Positions 32,224-40,812 of a stretch of DNA of 64,000 nucleotides are shown here, one piece after another. The position numbers and the translations under genes were made by a program. The notes under the pieces were generated by a model that had not been told where the DNA came from, searched no databases, and saw only the letters and a program-made list of their open reading frames with translations. Position 1 is the stretch's first letter. Each line of letters opens with the position of its first letter. Source of the DNA: Patescibacteria group bacterium (GTDB lineage: Bacteria > Patescibacteriota > Minisyncoccia > Moranbacterales > UBA9337); the NCBI GenBank assembly GCA_042569905.1, contig JBHPHA010000002.1, forward strand, positions 3,756 through 67,755, in the 5' to 3' direction.

Positions 32224-32646
32224 TCACATATCATTCGACATTATGCTCTTCGGCAGGACAGGATCAAGTGCCTTTACTTGAAGGAGAACACTCTCCGTAC
32301 AGGAAATTGCTTCCGTGAGTTTTAATTTCGTATCTCCAATATCTCGGGCACACTTAGCAGCTGCATTAAGCGCATTATTCACATCAGTGTTTGCACCTGC
32401 GTAGTATTGAGACAATAACTCAAAGACTTTTTCCATCTTGTAAAAATTATCCTTAGCGGTTTCAGCACGCCTCAACATTTCATCTTTTAATTCCACTTCA
32501 AGAATATCACACTCAGCCTGGCTTAACTCCTTGCCAACGATTCCAAATGCTATTTCCATGGAATTAAATAGATTCATAGTCAATTCCTTGATTATATCGA
32601 GTGCATCTTTCTTTGACATATCACCACTACAAGCATCACTCTTCAT
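32224..32646 (-). CDS. hypothetical helical protein
   Basis: 140 aa; AGGAGG RBS; terminator at ~32157-32190; 39 nt downstream of family B gene 32686..33228. Confidence 0.55.
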   Translation of the reverse strand: MKSDACSGDMSKKDALDIIKELTMNLFNSMEIAFGIVGKELSQAECDILEVELKDEMLRRAETAKDNFYKMEKVFELLSQYYAGANTDVNNALNAAAKCARDIGDTKLKLTEAISCTESVLLQVKALDPVLPKSIMSNDM

Positions 32647-32685
32647 AATTGAAACCTCCTTGAAATTACTGTTAAATAACTTTTT

Positions 32686-33228
32686 TTAATTGATAGCGGG
32701 AGAGAGCCTTTCAATCGCGCTCTTTATCCATTTCACTACCTTACTTTCTGACGGTGGTGTAGATAAGCAAGAGATTGCGTATATTGCAAAAAAATGAGTA
32801 AAAGCTTGTGCACTTCTTGCAACCACCTGATAATCCTCTACGGTACACAGCTTAAAAATTATAAATGCACTCATACACGGGGTTGCGGTTATTATTACCC
32901 ATCTAGGCCACTGTAGCATTAACCTCAAGACATTTACATATCTCTCATTCCCTCTCATTATCGCTTCAAAGTAAAAGCTACCTAAGAAAATTGCCACTAC
33001 AAGGCCAATATCCATGTAATTAATATAGTAAGTACTCCATGTTTTTAACCCCTGAGAACTTAATTCTACCTGTAAAAAACATAAGACGATGCATATCTTA
33101 ATGATAAGCATAATTCTTGCCCACCAAAAATTGTCCAGTCCAAAGATGTTTTTCGTCCATTGAAACATTCTTTCCAGCTTTTTAATAATCCAAGAGTCAA
33201 TACGGTCTAATCGATCAAGTACATTCAT
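32686..33228 (-). CDS. hypothetical 4-TM membrane protein, family B
   Basis: Paralog of 34888..35418 (W(T)(K/Q)..FGL(D/N)NF(W/F)W.R; C-terminal PPS(E/D)SKV). Confidence 0.6.
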   Translation of the reverse strand: MNVLDRLDRIDSWIIKKLERMFQWTKNIFGLDNFWWARIMLIIKICIVLCFLQVELSSQGLKTWSTYYINYMDIGLVVAIFLGSFYFEAIMRGNERYVNVLRLMLQWPRWVIITATPCMSAFIIFKLCTVEDYQVVARSAQAFTHFFAIYAISCLSTPPSESKVVKWIKSAIERLSPAIN

Positions 33229-33519
33229 TTTAGCCTCTCTGCTTTTTTAATATTAACTTTTTAATATACTTTATGCTAACAATTAATAATACACCACACT
33301 TACACATTTGTCAAGCTAAAAAGCCGCGAGAGATAGGTTTCTTTATTTAGGGTATATAAAAAAAGCACAGGTTAGAAATCGAATCTGTGCTATATGTCAC
33401 TTACTGATTATGGTATTAATGACCACCAATACTATCATCCTTCATATCTTTCGTTACTGACCTTATTGTAACGTTTTCGATGTGATTATTATTCCAAAAA
33501 AACAAATCATATTCATCAT

Positions 33520-33750
33520 TTATATAAGTAAATAATACAACGTCTTTTTTTTGAATCTCGCATTAACACTCATATTTCCTGCATCATCTCCATTCCAACA
33601 TTCAATCACCACATCTCCGTTAAATTCTCGATTTGCCCCACAATGCTCATATATTCCTTCATCAAGTTCAGCGTTAAGCTCATTGCCCTCGGCAAATACG
33701 AACGGTGAACAAGCTAACAAAAACAACATTGCCATAAGCACACTCTTCAT
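33520..33750 (-). CDS. small secreted protein
   Basis: 76 aa; signal peptide MKSVLMAMLFLLACSPFVFAEG. Confidence 0.5.
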   Translation of the reverse strand: MKSVLMAMLFLLACSPFVFAEGNELNAELDEGIYEHCGANREFNGDVVIECWNGDDAGNMSVNARFKKKTLYYLLI

Positions 33751-33823
33751 TTTCTCTAATTCAATTGAGCTTTACAAAAAAAACCACTCAAGAAAAATAA
33801 CAAATCTAAGCAAAAAAAGTCAA

Positions 33824-33870
33824 CCAAAACAACAAAACCTGACGATCGAATCTGATCATCAGGTTTTTTT
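33824..33870. terminator. bidirectional terminator family T-d, copy 1
   Basis: aaaacaacaaaacctgacgatcgaatctgatcatcaggtttttttt; differs at 1 nt from 36421-36467. Confidence 0.65.
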
Positions 33871-33957
33871 TTAATTCCTTATTGAAGAGAGTTCACCAAG
33901 AAGAAGTTTTCCAGCTCTACCCTAAAAAACCACACAACCGCCTATTATTCTATCTCG

Positions 33958-34680
33958 CTAGTTACTTGATAAATGAACCCTTTCCCTGTAAATATCCACC
34001 ACATTACCTGTAAACCCAGATAGCTCCGCCAATTTCTGATCCGGAGTAAATCCATCACTTTCTAAGTCCAATTTCAACATAATATCCGCCTGAATTGACG
34101 AATCTCTAGCTGCACCTGTCTTTAAGTCAAAAGTAATAATCTCTCTCCCTTCTCCTTGACTCACAATTTCAACCCAACCGTCAACTCCACATTGATAGTC
34201 TAAGGGTGTGCCTACTGCTGTACGGAATCTAACGTCGGCAATATCTACACCGCTTTCTTTTAACTTATCTCCAATCATTAATTCCACTTCACCAGAAATA
34301 TTTGATTCACTTTTCTCACTTTCAGATGGCTGATGATTTCTTGCGAAATCAAAAAGTTCACTCTTTGCTTTTTCATACGACACAGGATTCCTGCCAACTG
34401 GCACTGGGATTTTCTCATTTCTAGCAATGACACACCTGCCCAATAACGACTGTTCGCACTCCTGTCCTCGATCAACTTTTCTAGTTACTTTGTTAACCAT
34501 TTGACCCATTTTTTCATCCAATCCTCTTCTCCCAGCCTCTCTTGAAATATAGTCAGCATATGTCATCATCTCAAAACTTGGTTTTTCAAATTTTTCAGGA
34601 CCTCCTCTTTTAAAAGAAACCACTCTTTTTCCACCTCTATTACCCTCACTCGAAATTGTCGGTTGATACTCAAAACTCAT
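33958..34680 (-). CDS. hypothetical protein, family A
   Basis: 240 aa; paralog of 29694..30395; the two share the start context aaaaatATGAG(C/T)TTTGA. Confidence 0.65.
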   Translation of the reverse strand: MSFEYQPTISSEGNRGGKRVVSFKRGGPEKFEKPSFEMMTYADYISREAGRRGLDEKMGQMVNKVTRKVDRGQECEQSLLGRCVIARNEKIPVPVGRNPVSYEKAKSELFDFARNHQPSESEKSESNISGEVELMIGDKLKESGVDIADVRFRTAVGTPLDYQCGVDGWVEIVSQGEGREIITFDLKTGAARDSSIQADIMLKLDLESDGFTPDQKLAELSGFTGNVVDIYRERVHLSSN

Positions 34681-34887
34681 ATTTTTTTATATTTCTGCTA
34701 ATCTTTCGAAAAAAGCTTAACAAAAAATTAAAACTATTCCATTAAAATCATACATTCCCTATCATTATGCCACAAAAATAACAACACATCATACCCTTTT
34801 CAAGTAAACAAAAAACCACTGAAACTATTTAGTTTCAGTGATTATAATTTCTATCCTTCCAAGAAAGAGAGCTAGACTCTCTCCGAT

Positions 34888-35418
34888 TTACCCCTTCAAA
34901 GGAACAGGCACTGTGTTTGGGACAATTGCTTTTCTAGCTTTTCTGAGACCCTCTTTTATCAGCTGCTTCACTTTACTATCCGAAGGAGGAAGTGGTGTGC
35001 AACAAAGAAGGTATGCAGACAGAGAGACGAAGGTAAGTGACTTGGGACACATATCTAAGCCTGCTACACTATCAAAAGAATATACTACTAACATCAATAC
35101 CGGCAGTAATCTGCAGCTGTAAAAACTTATCTTTAGTTCATTTTCATATCTCGGATGCTTATTTACATCTTTTTCAGTCCAAAAAACCATAAAAAAAGTA
35201 GCAACACTCAGTATGACATATGAGCAGCAAGCCTGAGTCTCGCAAAAAGCGTCTTGTTTAGGATCACTCGCTATATTTATCAATCCCTGCACAGCATAAA
35301 ATACTGCAAACAAGCAACAAACTCTCACCCAAAAAAAATTATTCAAGCCGAACCATTTCTGGGTCCACCTTGAAAATTTCTCAAGAATATTCAAGGCACC
35401 TAGATCAATTCTACGCAT
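34888..35418 (-). CDS. hypothetical membrane protein, family B
   Basis: 176 aa; AGGAGG RBS; terminator at 34810-34842. Confidence 0.6.
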   Translation of the reverse strand: MRRIDLGALNILEKFSRWTQKWFGLNNFFWVRVCCLFAVFYAVQGLINIASDPKQDAFCETQACCSYVILSVATFFMVFWTEKDVNKHPRYENELKISFYSCRLLPVLMLVVYSFDSVAGLDMCPKSLTFVSLSAYLLCCTPLPPSDSKVKQLIKEGLRKARKAIVPNTVPVPLKG

Positions 35419-35621
35419 GACACATTCCTCCTTTTCATTAAAATTAACTTATTAAGTTACTTCATACTAACATCTAATATTATCATATTTTAAGAATTTT
35501 GTCAATGAAAACCTTCTATAGAAATCTGTACACAGCTCTTTACTGTTCATAAAAAATAAAAAACCCTATCGAAGTATTACACCTAATAGGGTTTTGATTA
35601 TATACAAGCTTTTTTACAACC

Positions 35622-35996
35622 TCACGAACTCCTTTTCTCGCTTCTAATCCCCCTTACCAATTCTTCTGGATTGAGATTACTCTTACAGAAACAGAACGAC
35701 TTTTTGCTTTCCCGTATCTTGCCTACATCAACTGCATCAATTTTAATTCCCTCGCCACCAACAGGAACAAAAGTCACTTCATTTTTCAGAATATTGTTTA
35801 TATGGTTTGTGCAGCTCCTCAATCTGGCCACATACTGCAAAACAACGCCGGGGATAATCTCAATATCATACACCATTCCTTCCTTAATACGTCTCCTATA
35901 GTCAGATTCTGAATCAGATAATTCATAATAGGGTACATCAATATCATATACATACTCCACCTGATAGAAATTATCTTGTTCTTTGTTATTTGCCAT
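35622..35996 (-). CDS. hypothetical protein
   Basis: 124 aa; AAGGAG RBS; terminator at ~35558-35594. Confidence 0.55.
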   Translation of the reverse strand: MANNKEQDNFYQVEYVYDIDVPYYELSDSESDYRRRIKEGMVYDIEIIPGVVLQYVARLRSCTNHINNILKNEVTFVPVGGEGIKIDAVDVGKIRESKKSFCFCKSNLNPEELVRGIRSEKRSS

Positions 35997-36176
35997 AAAA
36001 AAACTCCTTCTTGTTTTTTGTTTATTAAGAACCTTTATTTTAAAAGGACTCCTTAGTATACATTAATAGAATAGATTTGTCAATCATAAATACCTACATC
36101 AAATCCTCTTACATTACTTCAAGTTATTTATCAATGCAAATAAGAATAAAAAGAGATTGATTCAATTTTCGGAATT

Positions 36177-36407
36177 TTGCTGGCGATTGTCTCAAAATTC
36201 TACCCCGACGGAACATTCTTCTTTTTCCTTCTTGCTATTACTGCCACATTTTTCCCTTATCCAGAATTTCTAAGGAACAGAAAGATTGATCTCAAGAAAG
36301 ATTCGCAAGCGGCTCCCACTAAAGCACTCGTAGGTAGACTATCAATATTATTTGTTACGATACCAATAATCTTCTTAGCAGTGACAGTCTTCCTGAAGCT
36401 TTTCTAG
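36177..36407 (+). CDS. possible small membrane protein
   Basis: 76-aa hydrophobic ORF with TTG start and no clear RBS; followed by terminator 36421-36467. Confidence 0.3.
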   Translation: MLAIVSKFYPDGTFFFFLLAITATFFPYPEFLRNRKIDLKKDSQAAPTKALVGRLSILFVTIPIIFLAVTVFLKLF

Positions 36408-36420
36408 CCTAAAATATCCA

Positions 36421-36467
36421 AAAACAACAAAACCTGACGATCGAATCTGATCATTAGGTTTTTTTTA
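36421..36467. terminator. bidirectional terminator family T-d, copy 2
   Basis: aaaacaacaaaacctgacgatcgaatctgatcattaggtttttttt. Confidence 0.65.
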
Positions 36468-36890
36468 TTAAATCTTTCGAATCGCTTTGAGTGCAATAGG
36501 CGCAATGTTGTCAGAATTTATCTCTTCAATTTTAACGAAAAGTGCTCCTTCTGAATCATGCCCGTCAGCGTCCTTCTTCAAGTTACCCTCTTTGGCTTCA
36601 ATCAAATAATACATTCCAACATGGTGAAACTTTTTAGTACAGTCACTTATATCAGCATATTAAAAAACATCTTCTTCTACACTCAAAAAAGAAGCCTTCA
36701 TCATTTCAAGACCAGTTTCCTCTTGAAGCTCTCTTCTTAGTCCGTCCTCAATGCTTTCACCAAATTCAAGTCTTCCACCAGGAAGATCATATTTCCCTAT
36801 ATACGGACCTCGACCCTTCTTGATCACAAGAAGTTCATCATCTCTCCTCACTAAGCAATATACGCCTAAGTGGATTTTCTTGTTTTCCAT
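36468..36890 (-). pseudogene. NUDIX hydrolase interrupted by one in-frame TAA (at 36660-36662)
   Basis: Nudix box GGRLEFGESIEDGLRRELQEETGL lies in the 5' ORF. My same-frame translation past the stop continues as YADISDCTKKFHHVGMYYLIEAKEGNLK..ALFVKIEEINSDNIAPIALKAIRKI to a TAA at 36468. Confidence 0.75.
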
Positions 36891-37109
36891 TACATTTCTA
36901 TTAATAATACTTAGCTCTTCTTATCTGAGTCTTTTTATAGGTAGAGTTAAAATCCATAATAAAAGGTACCCGACCCCTTTTATTACTATCTAGTATTTAC
37001 GGTATTTATTATAAGTGTTTTTTTGAAACTTATCAATTAAAATTAGTTAAGTGATTTATTGAAAAAATGCACATTTAAAGATACATTTCTTTCGACATCA
37101 CCCAACACC

Positions 37110-37138
37110 TTGACTTTTTCCTTAAGCTATGCTATTAT
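37110..37138 (+). promoter_or_regulatory. promoter TTGACT-N17-TATTAT
   Basis: ccttgactttttccttaagctatgctattattaa; near-identical framework to 59156-59184. Confidence 0.6.
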
Positions 37139-37188
37139 TAACTGTTCGATTAAACGCACATTAAAAACTCAAAGCAAGGGAGAGAGAA

Positions 37189-37602
37189 ATGAGTTCATTA
37201 CAAGATGCACTGCTAAAAACAAAGCTGGCCGATCAACATCAACTCGCGAGGCACGAAAACTGGAGTAAATTTGAACAGGCCGAGAAAGCGAAGAAGGGTC
37301 AATCAAAAAATAACTCATCCACTATAGAGGAGCTTAAAAAGGCTAAAACTGTCACCGCATTCAAAAGTAGCGCCAAATCGCTACTTTTGAAAGATGCCAA
37401 CAAAATTTCAATTGTTGAGACTATGCAGGTTATCATCAATGTCGCACACAAAAATTTTCCGAATAACCAGCGATTAAAAGCCATGACCCTCAAGTTGAGA
37501 AACGGACTTGAAAAGGTCAAGCCAGAATTTACCGAAAAACTCATTAAACGCTTTTTCAGCAAAAAAACTCGCTGGGACATCCCTGGAGAGTGGCTGAAAT
37601 AA
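37189..37602 (+). CDS. hypothetical basic protein
   Basis: 137 aa; AAGGGAGAG RBS; terminator at 37626-37660. Confidence 0.6.
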   Translation: MSSLQDALLKTKLADQHQLARHENWSKFEQAEKAKKGQSKNNSSTIEELKKAKTVTAFKSSAKSLLLKDANKISIVETMQVIINVAHKNFPNNQRLKAMTLKLRNGLEKVKPEFTEKLIKRFFSKKTRWDIPGEWLK

Positions 37603-37625
37603 AAAAACCACTCCCAAAAAAAGTC

Positions 37626-37660
37626 AAAGTCGCAAGGAAAACCCTGCGACTTTTTTTATT
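37626..37660 (+). terminator. terminator family T-c, copy 2
   Basis: aaagtcgcaaggaaaaccctgcgacttttttt. Confidence 0.7.
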
Positions 37661-37677
37661 TTCCAAATCTCGAACTT

Positions 37678-37712
37678 CCTCCCCTTTTCAAAGGGGAGGA
37701 TTGAGGAGGGGG
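37678..37712. repeat. GC-rich hairpin repeat, family C (cctcccctttt..aaggggagg..gaggaggggg), copy 1
   Basis: Read directly; related copy at 39723-39759. Confidence 0.6.
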
Positions 37713-37715
37713 TTT

Positions 37716-38018
37716 TTACTCGAACAACATACCCTCAAACTCATCTCGATATGATTTTTCTAGTTTCATTCTGAAAAAGTGATTCTTGAGTTCAGTGTGC
37801 TTGAATTCCTCGGTCGTTGCCAAATCAAGAAACTCATCAAAAGAAATTTCCTCTACAGTAATATTTTCTGTTTCTTCCAAATCAACATCAGACGATTTCA
37901 CGCAATCCCTAGCAATCAAAAAGTTTTTGTTGCTTATGACTGTCTGAGAATAGTTATTCGAAAACCACAAACTCAAAACATTTTCAAAAATCCACGCCTC
38001 ATTCTCTCTTTTTTTCAT
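37716..38018 (-). CDS. hypothetical protein (possibly a truncated gene)
   Basis: 100-aa ORF whose start abuts hairpin repeat 38027-38098. Confidence 0.4.
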   Translation of the reverse strand: MKKRENEAWIFENVLSLWFSNNYSQTVISNKNFLIARDCVKSSDVDLEETENITVEEISFDEFLDLATTEEFKHTELKNHFFRMKLEKSYRDEFEGMLFE

Positions 38019-38026
38019 CCCATCCG

Positions 38027-38098
38027 CCCCCTTGTCATTCCGGAAAACATATTTTTCAAAATAAGATACGAATTTTAGAAAAATAGTTTATCCGGAAT
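38027..38098 (+). repeat. TTGTCATYC-terminus hairpin element, type A, copy 1
   Basis: cccccttgtcattccggaaaacatatttttc...gaaaaatagtttatccggaat; arms attccgga/tccggaat and aaacatatttttc/gaaaaatagttt pair. Confidence 0.75.
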
Positions 38099-38122
38099 CT
38101 ACGCCAACAAAAGCCACATGAG

Positions 38123-38167
38123 TTAAGTTAAAATATTTTCAAGTTGTTGTTCTGATTGATATTTCAT
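38123..38167 (-). pseudogene. hsdR 5'-end remnant (MKYQSEQQLENILT*), third copy
   Basis: 38/40 nt identical to the genuine hsdR start (43575-43614); begins 6 nt after the rhuM stop. Confidence 0.8.
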
Positions 38168-38173
38168 ATTATT

Positions 38174-39193
38174 TTAGTTTTTCAAATATTTCTTAACCTC
38201 TCGATCAAAATCAGATTCATACACTCCATCTTGAATAGGTCGATATTTCTCAAATTCACTTTCAGCAAAAGACTTTGCTATTTCCGCAGTTACTTTTCCA
38301 GGACTATTCAAGACTTCTTCATCATTAAATTTCAAAAAAACATCCAGTTTTTCAGACCAGTCATTCATCGACATTGGAATGCCTTTTTCTGCTTGATTTT
38401 CAGCATAATCCAAATACATTACCACAAACCTATTCAAATCCTTAATTTCTTTTTGAATAAGATAATTTTTCGCAACTGAAACATCAGACTTGAGAATCTT
38501 TCCATCTGGAGCTTTTTTCCATATTGAAAGCCCCATGCTTTCTTTTTTATGATCAGCCCGACTCACGATCAACTCCGCTGCGGTTTTCCCATGAATCGCA
38601 TAATGAAGCTTGTTTTGCACAGTTGCAAAAAATTCCTTAGTCGTGAATGAATCCATATCATAATCAACAGCTGTTGCGTATATGTCAGTGATTTGTTGAT
38701 AAAAATTTCTCTCACTAGATCGAATATCGCGAATCTCTAAGATCAAATCATTGAAATACTGCTTACTCAAATATGCTCCATTTTTCAATCTCACATCATC
38801 CAAAACATATCCACGAATCGCAAAGTCTTTCAAAATCTCAATTGCCCATCTTCTGAAGTCCGTTGCTCTCCTAGAGTTAATTCGAAAACCAACAGAAATG
38901 ATCGCTTCTAGATTATAATGCTTAGTATCATACTTCTTACCATCTTTGGCAGTTATTAGGAAATTCCTAATAACTAAATCTTTCTCAATTTCTCCTGTTT
39001 CAAAAATATTCTTCAAATGCTCGTTAATTGTCGGAATCTTCACATCAAAAAGCTTAGCGATCAACTTTTGAGTCAGCCAAACATTTTCATCTTCAACACG
39101 AACCTCAATCCCACCTTCTCCCGATTGAGAGGTGAACATTAAAAATTCCGCTGTGCTGTTCCTGATTTTTAACTTTTTATTTTCTCTTTTCAT
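38174..39193 (-). CDS. rhuM: RhuM family virulence/defence-island protein
   Basis: IEVRVEDENVWLTQKLIAKLFDV..INEHLKNIFETGEI..YNLEAIISVGFRINSRRATDFRRWA matches my memory of the RhuM family. Confidence 0.85.
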   Translation of the reverse strand: MKRENKKLKIRNSTAEFLMFTSQSGEGGIEVRVEDENVWLTQKLIAKLFDVKIPTINEHLKNIFETGEIEKDLVIRNFLITAKDGKKYDTKHYNLEAIISVGFRINSRRATDFRRWAIEILKDFAIRGYVLDDVRLKNGAYLSKQYFNDLILEIRDIRSSERNFYQQITDIYATAVDYDMDSFTTKEFFATVQNKLHYAIHGKTAAELIVSRADHKKESMGLSIWKKAPDGKILKSDVSVAKNYLIQKEIKDLNRFVVMYLDYAENQAEKGIPMSMNDWSEKLDVFLKFNDEEVLNSPGKVTAEIAKSFAESEFEKYRPIQDGVYESDFDREVKKYLKN

Positions 39194-39257
39194 ATTTCAA
39201 AAATTTTTCTATCTTATAGGGATAGTATATCACTAAAAACATCACTTCGCAAAAAAC

Positions 39258-39312
39258 TGTCATCTCAAGTGAAACGAAACGAGGGACGAGCGGAGTGAAG
39301 TCGAGAAATCTC
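39258..39312 (+). repeat. TGTCATCTC hairpin element, type B, copy 1
   Basis: tgtcatctcaagtgaaacgaaacgagggacgagcggagtgaagtcgagaaatctc; inverted relative at 52089-52143. Confidence 0.7.
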
Positions 39313-39350
39313 ACCCAAACAAAAAACATAAACTAAAGATTTTCAACACG

Positions 39351-39424
39351 CCCCCAGTTGTCATCCTGGAAAGTATATTTTTCCAAACGAGGTACGAGTT
39401 TGAGAAAAATAACTTATCCGGGAT
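39351..39424 (+). repeat. TTGTCATYC-terminus hairpin element, type A, copy 2
   Basis: cccccagttgtcatcctggaaagtatatttttcc...gagaaaaataacttatccgggat. Confidence 0.75.
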
Positions 39425-39425
39425 C

Positions 39426-39496
39426 CATCCTTAATATAACCTCAAGTAACATTTATTCACCGCAACCGATCAAAAACAGATCCAGTCCAAAAATCA
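39426..39496 (+). repeat. 71-nt direct repeat D, copy 1
   Basis: 68/71 identical to 39783-39853 (my count). Confidence 0.8.
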
Positions 39497-39553
39497 ATTT
39501 CAAAAAGGTAACTGACCTTTTTTATCCACCTTATTCCAGTTTACAAGCATATA

Positions 39554-39609
39554 CTGGAATATAGGTTTTCTTATTCTAATATCTGGAATATGGGTTTTCT
39601 TATTCTGAT
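39554..39609 (+). repeat. two tandem 29-nt units (ctggaatatRggttttcttattctRat)
   Basis: Read directly; only two units. Confidence 0.7.
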
Positions 39610-39722
39610 TTTATTTATTTTGCTAGAATATGAAATAAAGACACTCATAGAAATCTACACTTCGATTTCTGAAATGATACTATCAATTTCTGAAGTTTTT
39701 TTATCTAGAAGTTTCATTATTT

Positions 39723-39759
39723 CCTCCTCCCTTTTTTAAAAGGGAGGACCGAGGAGAGG
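39723..39759. repeat. GC-rich hairpin repeat, family C, copy 2
   Basis: cctcctcccttttttaaaagggaggaccgaggagagg. Confidence 0.6.
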
Positions 39760-39782
39760 TTTCTTCTTCCCTACTCCATTGT

Positions 39783-39853
39783 CATCCTTAACATAACCTC
39801 AAATAACATTTACTCACCGCAACCGATCAAAAACAGATCCAGTCCAAAAATCA
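39783..39853 (+). repeat. 71-nt direct repeat D, copy 2 (preceded by TTGT, completing a TTGTCATCC terminus)
   Basis: ccattgtcatccttaacataacctcaaataacatttactcaccgcaaccgatcaaaaacagatccagtccaaaaatca. Confidence 0.8.
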
Positions 39854-39858
39854 CCCAA

Positions 39859-40803
39859 CTACTTCTTAAACTCCTTAAGATATCTCCCAAAAACCTTTTG
39901 CATTTTTTCAGACACTGTTTTTATCTCCTCAAAATATTCTTCATACTTATTCTCAGTATCTATATTAAAATCAAAAGAAGTTCCAATTAAAGAACCTTTT
40001 GACTCAGGATATTCATCCCAAATAAGATCAAAATCAAATTTCCTATCAATCTCTTCCCTACTTTCCTCCAGCTTGTAATAGGTGTCTTTATTTGTAACAT
40101 ATAAATCCACCTTCATCAGATTATGATGAGTGTTCATTTTTATAGCTATTCGTGCCTTCGAAGTTCCTATTCCTACTTGATAGTAAGCTGTCGCAGTTGT
40201 TCCAGGTTTACTCAATTTTAAAATCGTCTTCTTTCCATTGCAATATTCGACAAAACGATTAAAAAAGTCTATTTGCTGCAAAGCTAATTTTGACGGCTCC
40301 CCAGATCGAGAAACCTTCTTGATTGCCTTTGCCCAATTGTTTGGCTTAGATACAATATCAAATTTTGGAGCAGGATCTGAATCCCCGATTTTCCACAACT
40401 CAATTTTAATCAAAAAGAAATTAATCTTCTCATCAGTATGCTCATTCAGCCAATCCACGGCCTGCCTATGCTCCTCCCTACAATCCTTTGCAATCCAAAC
40501 CATAACCTCCGCATCATGACCTGAAGCATAAGTTATGAGTTTTCCAAGATGATCATGATTAGTCACCTCCAATTGATTCTCGATTATGATTTTTCTTCCA
40601 GCCATTTCATCTTCCGCCAAAATATCAACACTAAAATTACCCGAATTCGCCTCAGTTTCAATTAGTTTTATTTCTATTCCGATCTCAATACCCAAGAAAC
40701 TTAAATTATCCTCCTTAGCCAACCACGTTGTGAAATCATAAGCTTCATGATTCCAAACCTCACGCAATTCAACATTTTCCAATGTTCCTAGTTTTGTAGA
40801 CAT
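39859..40803 (-). CDS. DUF4268-like protein with N-terminal PD-(D/E)XK-like nuclease motif
   Basis: DILAED..IIIENQLEVTNHDHLGKLITYASG motif; commonly found beside Type I R-M genes; starts 9 nt after the hsdR stop. Confidence 0.65.
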   Translation of the reverse strand: MSTKLGTLENVELREVWNHEAYDFTTWLAKEDNLSFLGIEIGIEIKLIETEANSGNFSVDILAEDEMAGRKIIIENQLEVTNHDHLGKLITYASGHDAEVMVWIAKDCREEHRQAVDWLNEHTDEKINFFLIKIELWKIGDSDPAPKFDIVSKPNNWAKAIKKVSRSGEPSKLALQQIDFFNRFVEYCNGKKTILKLSKPGTTATAYYQVGIGTSKARIAIKMNTHHNLMKVDLYVTNKDTYYKLEESREEIDRKFDFDLIWDEYPESKGSLIGTSFDFNIDTENKYEEYFEEIKTVSEKMQKVFGRYLKEFKK

Positions 40804-40812
40804 AGTTTTTTA

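Noticed and set aside
36660-36662. Programmed TAA read-through in the NUDIX gene
   Set aside because: TAA is the predominant genuine stop codon here and I see no recoding signal. A pseudogene or sequencing error is more parsimonious.
39358-39564. 68-aa plus-strand ORF
   Set aside because: It is composed entirely of hairpin and direct-repeat sequence (elements A2 and D1) with no RBS, so it is a repeat-derived artefact. The same applies to 55421..55630.
39554-39609. Possible CRISPR array
   Set aside because: There are only two tandem 29-nt units with no spacers and no cas genes in the window.
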